Of a DNA stretch of 38,246 nucleotides, positions 27,202 through 36,058 are shown in pieces (the first letter of the stretch is position 1; the number at the start of each line of letters is the position of its first letter). Made by a program: the position numbers and the translations under genes. The DNA comes from Myxococcota bacterium (GTDB taxonomy: Bacteria > Myxococcota_A > Polyangia > Polyangiales > Houyiibacteriaceae), in contig JBCCEA010000034.1 in the NCBI GenBank assembly GCA_039030515.1, positions 1-38,246 of the forward strand, given 5' to 3'. The notes under the pieces were generated by a model that saw only the letters and a list, made by a program, of their open reading frames with translations, had not been told where the DNA came from and searched no databases.

Positions 27202-28940
27202 CCAAGAGCGCGCAGGCGAGACTCGAAGATCGCCTCCTGATTCGGAAGAGCCTTCGCATCGGTGCTGCTGATAGCATCCGGTAATTGTACACCCGGATTG
27301 TTCGTTGTTTCGGTTAGCGCTTCCCAAAGAACTCGGCCAGAAGCGTCCTGAGGGACGAGCACACCCATCCTATGCAGTAAGCTCGCGGTGGCATCCGCAA
27401 TTTCCGCTTCAATCTCTCCGACAGACTCGACCGAAGGGCCCGCCATCGCCAGAAAACCTCGCGGTCGATGACTTCCGGGCAAACTTCTTCCCTTTCTACC
27501 CAGATACTCGTCTTCTGCCAGTCTTCGAAAGGCGCCTGTGCCGTGAGGGGCTGTACTTGACGGCATTAGATTGTAGGAATATCCGCTCGTCTCTTCTTGC
27601 GCATCGTGGCGATCTTCGGATTTGTCGAGGTGTAGTTCCACAAAGAGATCTGGAGCCTTTTCGAGGTGGGGGCCGTCAAAGAGCGCCTCTCGTGGATGTA
27701 GGGCTTTGACGACTGGTTGGCCGTTGAATGGATCCCTAACCTCACGAAGATAGCATGCAAGTTCACGTTGCAAGGAGGGGATATCTTTGGGTGACACGGT
27801 TCCTTGAGGTTCTCGTCCCTTGATATTCCAGCATATAGAAGGAAAATAGTTCAGCTCTTCGCTAAAAGCTGCAGTCCTTCCAAAATCGATCGCTCCAAAA
27901 CGTGCTCGGCTCTCAAGGAGAGACGGCAATCGCCCTCCCCATGCCTTGAAGAGCGTTTGTCTCATGCGAGGTGTCAGGCGGGTGAGAGCGACTTCTTTTG
28001 ATGCTGAAATCAGCGTTCCAAACAACGAGACTAGTCCCTGCCGAAAGTCAAATCCTGTAGTGCTACCAAAAGAGAGGAAGCCACCCTCTGCAAGGATGCG
28101 GTTCAGGTAGAGAACCTTATCTGAGGATCCTCCCGAGCCGTGGTCTGAGACAATTGTCCATTCGGTGTTAGGGCTGGCCGCATCTGCAATTCGACCTAGA
28201 GCACGGTCTAGCGCCTGATAGATCGATAGCAGTGCTTCGTTCTGCTCTTTGGTTGTGTTTTGAGGGTGTCTCGGAGACTCGATGTCGGAATAACTATAGA
28301 GATAGTGTGCGGCGGTGTCGCTCTCGCCAAAGTATACTGCGAACAAGTCCCAATTTCGCGACTCCATCAGGTACAGCGCTAGCTCTGTTTTTCGCTCAAT
28401 GCGTGCTTTTAGCGCACTCGGGAGCGCGTCATGCCAGCCGGGAGAGTCCGCAGCAAACTCATCGACATCGTCAAACTGCATCGTACCGAAGCGTTGCTGC
28501 AGAGTCGTATAGAGCGAAGTTGGATGAACAAAGGACGCGTCTGCCTCGAAGGCTACCGGAGAGTCCCATCCGCTGATCATCAATCCATTCTTGAGTTTTT
28601 CTGGAGGATAGGTTCCAGGAAAGCCGAGACTGCAACAGGTTTTTCCAACCGCATCAAGTCTCGATAAAATCGTAGGACGCGTTCGCCCGAGGCCGCCTTC
28701 GAAGCGAACTCGATAGCCTTTTCTCGTGGTGAAATCGAATACCCCATGGGCCGCGGGATCGAGTCCGGTTAGAAAGGTAGTCCAATTAGGCAGTGTTGCC
28801 GGTGGGAATACGCTGCGGAGCGCAGACGAACATCCTTGAGTCATGAAGTTGTGCAAGATAGGTAGTTTGTCTGGTCCAAATTGCCGAATCAGCGATAAAT
28901 CTGCACCGTCTAAACCAACTACGACATGGGGGGGAGTCAT
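27189..28940 (-). CDS. Alkaline phosphatase superfamily phosphodiesterase / nucleotide pyrophosphatase
   Basis: VVGLDGA, SVFPPATLPNWTTFLTG (Thr nucleophile), SDTAAH, IVSDHG, GSHRPRG and C-terminal RLRALGYID. Confidence 0.9.
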   Translation of the reverse strand: MTPPHVVVGLDGADLSLIRQFGPDKLPILHNFMTQGCSSALRSVFPPATLPNWTTFLTGLDPAAHGVFDFTTRKGYRVRFEGGLGRTRPTILSRLDAVGKTCCSLGFPGTYPPEKLKNGLMISGWDSPVAFEADASFVHPTSLYTTLQQRFGTMQFDDVDEFAADSPGWHDALPSALKARIERKTELALYLMESRNWDLFAVYFGESDTAAHYLYSYSDIESPRHPQNTTKEQNEALLSIYQALDRALGRIADAASPNTEWTIVSDHGSGGSSDKVLYLNRILAEGGFLSFGSTTGFDFRQGLVSLFGTLISASKEVALTRLTPRMRQTLFKAWGGRLPSLLESRARFGAIDFGRTAAFSEELNYFPSICWNIKGREPQGTVSPKDIPSLQRELACYLREVRDPFNGQPVVKALHPREALFDGPHLEKAPDLFVELHLDKSEDRHDAQEETSGYSYNLMPSSTAPHGTGAFRRLAEDEYLGRKGRSLPGSHRPRGFLAMAGPSVESVGEIEAEIADATASLLHRMGVLVPQDASGRVLWEALTETTNNPGVQLPDAISSTDAKALPNQEAIFESRLRALGYID

Positions 28941-29111
28941 CCGGAAGCTCTCTTTGTTTTTGGTGAGGTGAGTATTACGGAACACTGACTGAGTTTCTTA
29001 TTTCTCAGCCGTCTTTAGGAGTTGGCTGCATTTTGCCTTGCACTCCCTTTTCTGTTCACTGCTCGTACCATGGGTCCGGTTACAGATCACACCTGCCGTA
29101 TGCCTGGTCAT

Positions 29112-29794
29112 CACCCGTGATGTGAGCATGCGACCTTACCCGAGGGAAGGGAACAATCATCCCTCGGCAGATGCGTACCTGGTCAGGTTGCGGAGACCCG
29201 TACCCGGTCAGTTTGAGATCCGTACCCGGTCCGGTTTGGCACTGGCCGACCTTGCAGTGGAGATCCGTACCCGGTCAGGTTTGGCAGGGCAGATCCGTAC
29301 CCGGTCAGGTTTGGCAGCAGATGCGTACCCGGTCCGGTAGAGATGCGTACCCGGTCAGGTTGCGGAGACCCGTACCCGGTCAGGTTTGGCACACCTGTGA
29401 TGTGAGCATGCGCCCAAGCTGGGGGGAAGGGAACGGTCGTCCCTCGGCAAATGCGTACCTGGTCAGGTTTGAGATGCGTACCCGGTCAGGCAGAGATCAG
29501 ACCCGTACCCGGTCAGGTTTGGCAGGGCAGATCCGTACCCGGTCAGGTTTGGCAGCAGATGCGTACCCGGTCAGGCAGAGATCCGTACCCGGTCAGGTTT
29601 GGCAGGGCAGATGCGTACCCGGTAGAGATCCGTACCCGGTCAGGCAGAGATAGATGCGTACCCGGTCAGGTTTGGCACACCTGTGATGTGAGCATGCGCC
29701 CTTACCGGAGGGAAGGGAACGGTCATCCCTCGGCAAATGCGTACCTGGTCAGGTTGCGGAGATCCGTACCCGATCAGGTTTGGCACTGGCCGAC
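29112..29794. repeat. Hierarchical direct-repeat array: 19 short cores arranged in 3 higher-order units
   Basis: Core CGTACCYGGTCAGG (some variants) starts at 29174, 29199, 29221, 29266, 29296, 29324, 29346, 29371, 29454, 29477, 29504, 29534, 29562, 29584, 29614, 29631, 29657, 29740 and 29765. A ~60-bp header CACCYGTGATGTGAGCATGCG...TCCCTCGGCA starts at 29112, 29392 and 29678. Confidence 0.95.
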
Positions 29795-29837
29795 GCTGTC
29801 ATGGAACTATCCGATCTACAGTTGCCGATCGTTTGAC

Positions 29838-31301
29838 TCACCAGTGCACATTTGAGTGCAATCCCCCTGACGGCTCTGAGATTGGAGCGTCCGAATCAGT
29901 GGAGGGCAGAGCACTGAGGTCAGACCCCAGAATCCCCTTGGGTGGTTCTATCGACTGCAGAGAAAGCAATGTCGGGGTGATATCGTAAAGATGCATTCCT
30001 TCACGCAGCTCTCCCTGTGTCGGATACCGAGTGGCGTTGTCGTTGAGTATGCCGATACCGTTCCATGCATGGTTGCACCCGTCGGGGGCAAGATCATTTT
30101 CTGAGGCAATCAGTTTGGGATGACCTACGGTACCCAAACTGCGAAAAGCGAGGTCTTCGAAATAAACCATCAGGTCTGGGGGGAAGCCTCGAGCGGTCCG
30201 GTAGTGTTGCTCCGGTCGAGTGATCAAGGGCGCAGAGAGCCCTTCCGACATACACCAAGAAGAAAGCTCCTTAGCGAGGCGGTCTCGGACTAGTTCAAAT
30301 CTGGATGCTGGAATGATTCCTTTTGGCTCTCGCCCCTCGATATTCAGACAGATTCGCGCGTAGTAGCCACCTTCACCGAATGCTTTTGTCTTACTCCAGT
30401 CGATGTCCTCCACTCCGAGTCTCTGAGGGCTTTTTGAAAGACCTCTGTTTAGAAATAGATAGCCATGTTCACAAAGCCAATCGTTGATGCAAATACCTCC
30501 ACGCATCGCTTGTGCTCCGTGGTCGCTGACGATGATGATGGATGCATTGGAGGGGTAGTTCCCGGCGAGCTGTTCGATATGGCGATCGAGAGCGCGATAG
30601 TAGTCACGAGCAAGTGCTTCGTGCTCCTCGGAATAACTGCGGCTCTCTGGATCGAAGAGATGATATCCGCAGTGATGCAGTCGATCCGGACCGATCTCGA
30701 CCATCATCATGAGGTCTGGAGTGAACTCAGAGAATAATTCATGTGCTATGGAGAAATGTTGATCCGCCATCGCATGCAGGTTTCTGCATGCTTCCGGAAA
30801 CGCAACGCCACGAAACTCAATCAGGTCGGCTCGGTAGGACCCGTGTCGCGCAGTCAACTCAGAGCTAAGACGGCGAGGAAAGGTCCACGCGTTGCTTCTC
30901 TCGGGAGTGAGAAAGCCGCTTATCGAACAACCTCGTAACGGAGGGGCGGGGTGGGTTAGCGGCACAAAAAGAGACGCCACCCTCCGGCCTGCGTTTGAAA
31001 GATGATCAAAAACGCTTTTCACTCGAACATCGCGCGCCTCGGCCATGCGCCATCCGTAGCTCGACGGGATACGGTTGCGGAAGCCGTAGAGACCGAGTTC
31101 CCCAGGATCTCGGCCCGAAGTCATGCATGCCCACGCAGGAACGGTGATCGGAGGATCGGTAGAACGCAGTGGGCCCCAAGTGCCTGAAGCCCGAATGCTT
31201 TCTAAGAAAGGCATCTCCGTAGCGAAACGGTCGAAGACAAGTTCGGGAGAGGCACAGTCAAGGCCGACCACCAGTGTTGGAGCCACATGGCGCCGTAGCA
31301 C
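29838..31301 (-). CDS. Alkaline phosphatase superfamily phosphodiesterase / nucleotide pyrophosphatase (second paralogue)
   Basis: VVGLDCA, STDPPITVPAWACMTSG, GPDRLHH, IVSDHG and DGCNHAWNG. Confidence 0.9.
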   Translation of the reverse strand: MLRRHVAPTLVVGLDCASPELVFDRFATEMPFLESIRASGTWGPLRSTDPPITVPAWACMTSGRDPGELGLYGFRNRIPSSYGWRMAEARDVRVKSVFDHLSNAGRRVASLFVPLTHPAPPLRGCSISGFLTPERSNAWTFPRRLSSELTARHGSYRADLIEFRGVAFPEACRNLHAMADQHFSIAHELFSEFTPDLMMMVEIGPDRLHHCGYHLFDPESRSYSEEHEALARDYYRALDRHIEQLAGNYPSNASIIIVSDHGAQAMRGGICINDWLCEHGYLFLNRGLSKSPQRLGVEDIDWSKTKAFGEGGYYARICLNIEGREPKGIIPASRFELVRDRLAKELSSWCMSEGLSAPLITRPEQHYRTARGFPPDLMVYFEDLAFRSLGTVGHPKLIASENDLAPDGCNHAWNGIGILNDNATRYPTQGELREGMHLYDITPTLLSLQSIEPPKGILGSDLSALPSTDSDAPISEPSGGLHSNVHW

Positions 31302-31375
31302 GAAAGTGCTCTGTAGGAAGCACTCAGATTACGTACCCCCTTCGTCACACGTCCCCCGACGGACGAGCTGAGCTC

Positions 31376-32572
31376 CTATTGGAGGATGATAAAGGCAGTG
31401 GCAAGTCCTAGGAGCATCCCGACGAAAAGACCCGTGAGAAGGGACCATCGAGCTCTGTTCCGAGGTGTCTTTTCCGCCTCGTCGCAGGATGCTCTTGTGA
31501 CCTCTGCATTTTGGTTTTGGACGCCTAGAGCCCTAAGCTGTATTTCCGAAACATGGTCCGCACCCTTCGTATCGAGTCGTTTGCGTATCTGACCAAGGTA
31601 TTGACGCTTCAGAGCGTGCTCTCCCGGAAAAAGCCCGTCCATGGTTTCAGCGACCTCTGCTACGCCGAAGGAGTGCTCGGTTTCGCTCAAGAATAGCTGT
31701 AACTCACGACCCATTTGTCTTGCATCTTGATAGCGTCGATCGGGATCCCTCTGCAGCGCCTTCGCGACGACCTCGTCGAGGGCGGGGGGTAATTCAGGAT
31801 CGAGCTCGCGGATTCCTGGAATCATTCCAGTGAGCACTCTCTCCACCATCTCTGAGGTTTTTTCTCTGCGAAACAGTCTGCGCCCGGTCAGTGCCTCCCA
31901 GAGGACGACGCCCATCGACCAGACGTCCGCGCGTCGATCAACTGTCCCTTCTTCGATTTGCTCTGGAGCAGCGTAAGCCAACCTACCCTTGAATTCACCT
32001 GTTGCTGTGCGGTGTAGACGGTCCAGCGCTTTCGCCACTCCGAAATCTACAACTCTCACCCGACCATCGTAGCCTACAAGTAAGTTTTGGGGGCTGATAT
32101 CGCGGTGCACCACTTGCATCGGCTGATCGCTGTCATCTCGGAGTTCGTGCGCAGCGTGGAGCCCTTCACACGCATCGATTGCGCAATGTGCAATAAACAT
32201 CGCTAGGTTCCATTTGGTATCCGGTCGGACCTTGTTGTGATACGTGAGTATTGCATCACTAAAGCGTTCTCCAAGAACGAGGTTCATCGCGTACCACGGG
32301 ATCTGGTTCACCTCTCCAAAATCGACTATCGATACCGCATTAGGGTGGTTGAGACGACTCGCGATGCGTACCTCATCCAGAAACATATCTCGAAAAGGAG
32401 CAAGTGCGGCGAGTCGTCCATGGACATGTTTGAGTGCGACTACCCGATTGTAGCCCGGTAGACTCCCGTCGACCGTAGCGATGTATACGGTGCCCATTCC
32501 ACCAGAGGCTAGCTCGTAGTGGAGTCGGTAGCGTCCGAACCAGGAATGCCTCAGTTTCTGCGGCGTGCTCGT
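31376..32572 (-). CDS. Hanks-type Ser/Thr protein kinase with C-terminal TM helix; start codon non-canonical or mutated
   Basis: VALK, HRDISPQN, DFG, YAAPE and DVWSMG. The frame stays open upstream of the ORF-track start (32497) through FGRYRLHYELASGG. The start is tentatively placed at ACG 32572, 5 nt after GGAGG. Confidence 0.88.
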   Translation of the reverse strand, partial: TSTPQKLRHSWFGRYRLHYELASGGMGTVYIATVDGSLPGYNRVVALKHVHGRLAALAPFRDMFLDEVRIASRLNHPNAVSIVDFGEVNQIPWYAMNLVLGERFSDAILTYHNKVRPDTKWNLAMFIAHCAIDACEGLHAAHELRDDSDQPMQVVHRDISPQNLLVGYDGRVRVVDFGVAKALDRLHRTATGEFKGRLAYAAPEQIEEGTVDRRADVWSMGVVLWEALTGRRLFRREKTSEMVERVLTGMIPGIRELDPELPPALDEVVAKALQRDPDRRYQDARQMGRELQLFLSETEHSFGVAEVAETMDGLFPGEHALKRQYLGQIRKRLDTKGADHVSEIQLRALGVQNQNAEVTRASCDEAEKTPRNRARWSLLTGLFVGMLLGLATAFIILQ

Positions 32573-32654
32573 GGTAGCCTCCGGTCTGTAGACTGCCGTA
32601 AACTGAGTTCCATGGCTACCGGGACGTGCTGCTAGATCAAAATCAAAAACCGAC

Positions 32655-34376
32655 TCAGCGTATCGTACCTAAGTCTCGCTCGAACCGGCTGCTGTCAAGC
32701 AACAGGCCCGGCCTTCTAGGTGGCTGAGGCGTAGGTGTTGAATCCATGGTAGGTGCGGATTCCATGGTAGGTGCGGATTCCACGGTAGGCGTGGGCGCTG
32801 GATCGAGGTTCGTCTGAGTAACGTTGTTTGCCGTAGCGTCCATGGCCGTAGAGCCTTCGGCTGCGGTGTTGTCCTTACGGTCTTCAGGTTCCATTGAGCT
32901 TTTGCTTTGCGCTTGATCAGTGTTTCTTTGGCGTTCGCGAATCCTACGGCGTCGTTCAATCCGGCTTGCAGATTCGGTCGTGGGCGGGATTGTCGTGACC
33001 AGTTCTTCAGTCTCCGATGCGTTCTCACCAAGGATCTCGGAAGGCTCGCTCAACTTTGTCGCCTCTTCTGAGAGAGGTTCGTTTTGCGCTTTCCGGGCTG
33101 CGACAGAATCCGCATTTGAGCTGGTTTCCCCTTGTTCCTTGCTTTGAACTTCCCCTTCTTTCCGCTCCGAAGTCTGCTCGGACTCAAAACGATCGTGCAT
33201 TGTGGAGCGTGCAACAAAATACGCAGACGATCCCGCAACCGCCAGGATGGGAATCATCCATAGCCAGGATTGCTTCCTCCGTTTTTGCAGAAGCGCATTG
33301 CGTAGGCGGGTTTGGGTTCCTTCCTGGAGATGGATACCGTCGATACCGATCGGTGCATTGAGATCGGCCGCCGAGATTGACGGATTGGATCGTCCTTCGA
33401 GGTGGGCAGCGACCTGTTCTTCGAGACGCTCCACGCTTTCCCCGCCCAGGTCTCGCACAGCAGAGCCTAGAGCATTGCGACCAATGAGGCCTCCCGCCTC
33501 TCTCGCGCAGTGTTCGAGGGTATCGGCCAGCTCCCTGGCCGTCGAAAGTCGGATGTCTCTGTCTCTTTCCAGACTCTTCTGAACCACATCGGCGAGGGCG
33601 GCAGGAAGATCCGGGCGAATTTCGTCGAGCCGGGGAATTTCTTTATTTGCTATCTCGTTGAGCAGCCTGAGCGGGTTTTCCGCCGTGAACAGCCGCTGAC
33701 CCGACAGGGTTTCCCACATTACGATTCCGAACGAGAAAATATCGGAGCGCTGATCGATGTCGGCGCGATCGAGTTGTTCGGGGGAAAAATAAGCCAGCTT
33801 GCCTTTGAGTTCTCCGGTGCGCGTTTTCGAGTTCTTCATTGCGGCCCTCGCGACGCCGAAATCACTGATGCGCACGAGCCCGTCAATACCGCAGAGTACG
33901 TTGTGAGGTGAGATGTCTCGGTGCACGATCTCAAGAGGCTTGCCGTCCGGTGAACGAGCTTCGTGGGCATCCTGCAAACCCCGCGCGGCTTGCGCGAGCA
34001 TCGTCACTGAGAAAGAGAGTGGAAGAGGTTCCGGACGATCTCGGACCAGGTGACGTAATGTACAGCCCACTACGAGCTCCATCGCCATGAATAGATTTCC
34101 ATCGTGGGTGCCGAGGTCCAGTGTAGAGACCACGTTTGGACTTCGAACGTTGGAAGCGAGTCTTGCTTCGTTGATGAACATCTCGGCGAAGCGCTCGTCA
34201 TCGGCCATGTGAGGCAGCATCAATTTGAGCGCGACTAGCTGCTGAAAACCATGTTCGGCAATCCTCCGTGCCGCATAGACACGTGCCATGCCACCAGTAG
34301 CGATAGTGAACAAAACCTCGTAGGGCCCGACGCGGGCTCCTTCAGGTGTTTCCTCTTTAAAAAGCTGCGCAGCCAT
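32655..34376 (-). CDS. Hanks-type Ser/Thr protein kinase, single TM helix, low-complexity C-terminal tail
   Basis: IATGGMARVY, VALK, HRDISPHN, DFG, YFSPE, DIFSFG and TM segment WLWMIPILAVAGSSAYFVA. Confidence 0.95.
   Translation of the reverse strand: MAAQLFKEETPEGARVGPYEVLFTIATGGMARVYAARRIAEHGFQQLVALKLMLPHMADDERFAEMFINEARLASNVRSPNVVSTLDLGTHDGNLFMAMELVVGCTLRHLVRDRPEPLPLSFSVTMLAQAARGLQDAHEARSPDGKPLEIVHRDISPHNVLCGIDGLVRISDFGVARAAMKNSKTRTGELKGKLAYFSPEQLDRADIDQRSDIFSFGIVMWETLSGQRLFTAENPLRLLNEIANKEIPRLDEIRPDLPAALADVVQKSLERDRDIRLSTARELADTLEHCAREAGGLIGRNALGSAVRDLGGESVERLEEQVAAHLEGRSNPSISAADLNAPIGIDGIHLQEGTQTRLRNALLQKRRKQSWLWMIPILAVAGSSAYFVARSTMHDRFESEQTSERKEGEVQSKEQGETSSNADSVAARKAQNEPLSEEATKLSEPSEILGENASETEELVTTIPPTTESASRIERRRRIRERQRNTDQAQSKSSMEPEDRKDNTAAEGSTAMDATANNVTQTNLDPAPTPTVESAPTMESAPTMDSTPTPQPPRRPGLLLDSSRFERDLGTIR
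32743..32789. repeat. 18-bp tandem repeat in the kinase tail
   Basis: TCCATGGTAGGTGCGGAT twice plus a partial copy. Encodes PTVESA-PTMESA-PTMDS. Confidence 0.85.
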
Positions 34377-34533
34377 CAGCTATCGCGTTGAGGTCGCGAC
34401 CCTAGGAATATCTATCACGGGAATTTATTTCCCCCGGGAATCATTGTGGAAGATGGGTTAGAGGAACACTCCAAGTTTTTATCCAAGCAAATCGATCCGT
34501 TCCGATGCTGTCCCTACTGTATAAGATTAACTA

Positions 34534-35889
34534 GTGAAGTCCTATGATGATCGCGCAACATCAAGACGTACCGAAGTCATTCCAAAATCACCTCCCTGGT
34601 GGCCTGAAGAACTAGCCCCCGCTCTTTTTTCACTTCGGCAGGTCGGGGGCTCTGAAGATCCCGCGCAGTGGTCCGGTGATTCAGGACGTTGCTCCATAGG
34701 CTCACATCCCAGCAATGATCTGGTGTTGCAGGTTCCCACGGTATCCCGCTTTCATTGTGAGTTGCGTGCAGACTCCGAGGGTGTGCGTGTGTGTGACGTG
34801 GGTAGCAGTAACGGCACGGTTTTGGACGGAGTCCGAGTAGTCAACGCATTTTTGCGCGAAGGAAGCCGGATAGAGGTCGGGGACGTGACGCTTGAGTTTC
34901 GACTTCGGCAGGGGGTGGGCGCAGAGCGGATCAGCGAGAGCACCTCCTTCGGTTCTCTCGTGGGGACTTCGATTGCCATGCGTCGAGCCTTTGCCCTTCT
35001 CGAGCGTGCTGCTGAGAGCGAGTCCACCGTGCTGATCGTGGGGGAGACGGGCACTGGAAAAGAGGGAGCGGCAGCTGCGATTCACGAGAACAGCCGACGT
35101 GGTGCGGGGCCATGTCTGGTGGTCGACTGTGGTGCCATTCCGCCGAATCTCATCGAAAGTGAGCTCTTCGGCTATGAACGTGGTGCATTTACCGGGGCAG
35201 AACGCTCAAAAACGGGCACGGTAGAAGAAGCAAACGGAGGAACCATCTTTCTAGATGAGATCGGTGAGTTGCCGACCGACCTTCAGCCAAAACTGCTAAG
35301 GTTTCTGGAAGAACGTACCGTTCGTCGTGTGGGTGGCACAGTCCGTAAGAAGGTGGATGTGCGTGTCGTAGCGGCAACCAATCGAGACCTTCGTCAGGAA
35401 GTAAATGAAGGTGCTTTTCGATCCGACCTTTACTACAGGCTTGCCGTCATGAGCATTCGGCTGCCTCCGCTTCGGGAACGTATTAGCGACCTTCCTCATT
35501 TGGTTACTACCCTGCTTAGTAGGCTTGGAGCACAGCCTGATCAGGTGACGCGCTTCACCTCGAGGTCGTTCATGCAGCGTCTCCGCTGGGGTGCCTGGCA
35601 TGGAAACGTCCGTGAACTTCGTAACCATATCGAACGTTGCCTGGTCATGGATGAAGAGGTGGAGCCCTTGGGCACGGCGCCTTCAGAGGAGTCGGTTCCA
35701 CTAATGCAAATAGATGCATCCCTTCCGTATGCGGATGCGAGAAGATATGCGATTGCTCTATTCGAGCGGGAGTATGCGAGGGAGCTGATAGACGCTCATT
35801 CCGGAAACGTGACTCGTGCTGCAAAACAAGCGGGGATTGATAGAGTGTATTTGCATAAACTCCTGCGACGGCATCGTATTCCGCGCTGA
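34534..35889 (+). CDS. FHA-domain sigma54-dependent enhancer-binding protein
   Basis: FHA domain (IGSHPSNDL..VSRFHC..DVGSSNGT), AAA+ domain (GETGTGKE, ESELFGYERGAFTGA, FLDEIGE, FRSDLYYRL, WHGNVRELRN) and Fis-type HTH (GNVTRAAKQAGIDR). Confidence 0.96.
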   Translation: MKSYDDRATSRRTEVIPKSPPWWPEELAPALFSLRQVGGSEDPAQWSGDSGRCSIGSHPSNDLVLQVPTVSRFHCELRADSEGVRVCDVGSSNGTVLDGVRVVNAFLREGSRIEVGDVTLEFRLRQGVGAERISESTSFGSLVGTSIAMRRAFALLERAAESESTVLIVGETGTGKEGAAAAIHENSRRGAGPCLVVDCGAIPPNLIESELFGYERGAFTGAERSKTGTVEEANGGTIFLDEIGELPTDLQPKLLRFLEERTVRRVGGTVRKKVDVRVVAATNRDLRQEVNEGAFRSDLYYRLAVMSIRLPPLRERISDLPHLVTTLLSRLGAQPDQVTRFTSRSFMQRLRWGAWHGNVRELRNHIERCLVMDEEVEPLGTAPSEESVPLMQIDASLPYADARRYAIALFEREYARELIDAHSGNVTRAAKQAGIDRVYLHKLLRRHRIPR

Positions 35890-36058
35890 AGGAAGGTCGT
35901 CATGAGGGAGTCTCCGAAACTCATTCATTCTCTCGACCTCCGTTTTTGAACCAGGTTATCGTAGAGCAGCTCGAACTTAGCAGTTTCTGGAATACCGGAC
36001 ATTTCGGCTGTCAGCCTATCTCATCAGCTGAGCTCTCGACTCGCGGCAGGTCTGATTA

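Noticed and set aside
29112..29794. CRISPR array
   Set aside because: Cores are only ~14 bp, spacing is irregular, the intervening sequences are short and themselves repeated rather than unique, and there are no cas genes in the window.
29038..29855. Repetitive ORFs across the array (e.g. 29171-29653, 29451-29855)
   Set aside because: Unit lengths are not multiples of three and similar peptides appear in all frames, so these are by-products of a stop-poor repeat.
34377..34533. Sigma54 promoter between the kinases and the activator
   Set aside because: The best candidate (minus strand GGATCGATTTGC) has 8 rather than 10 nt between GG and GC.
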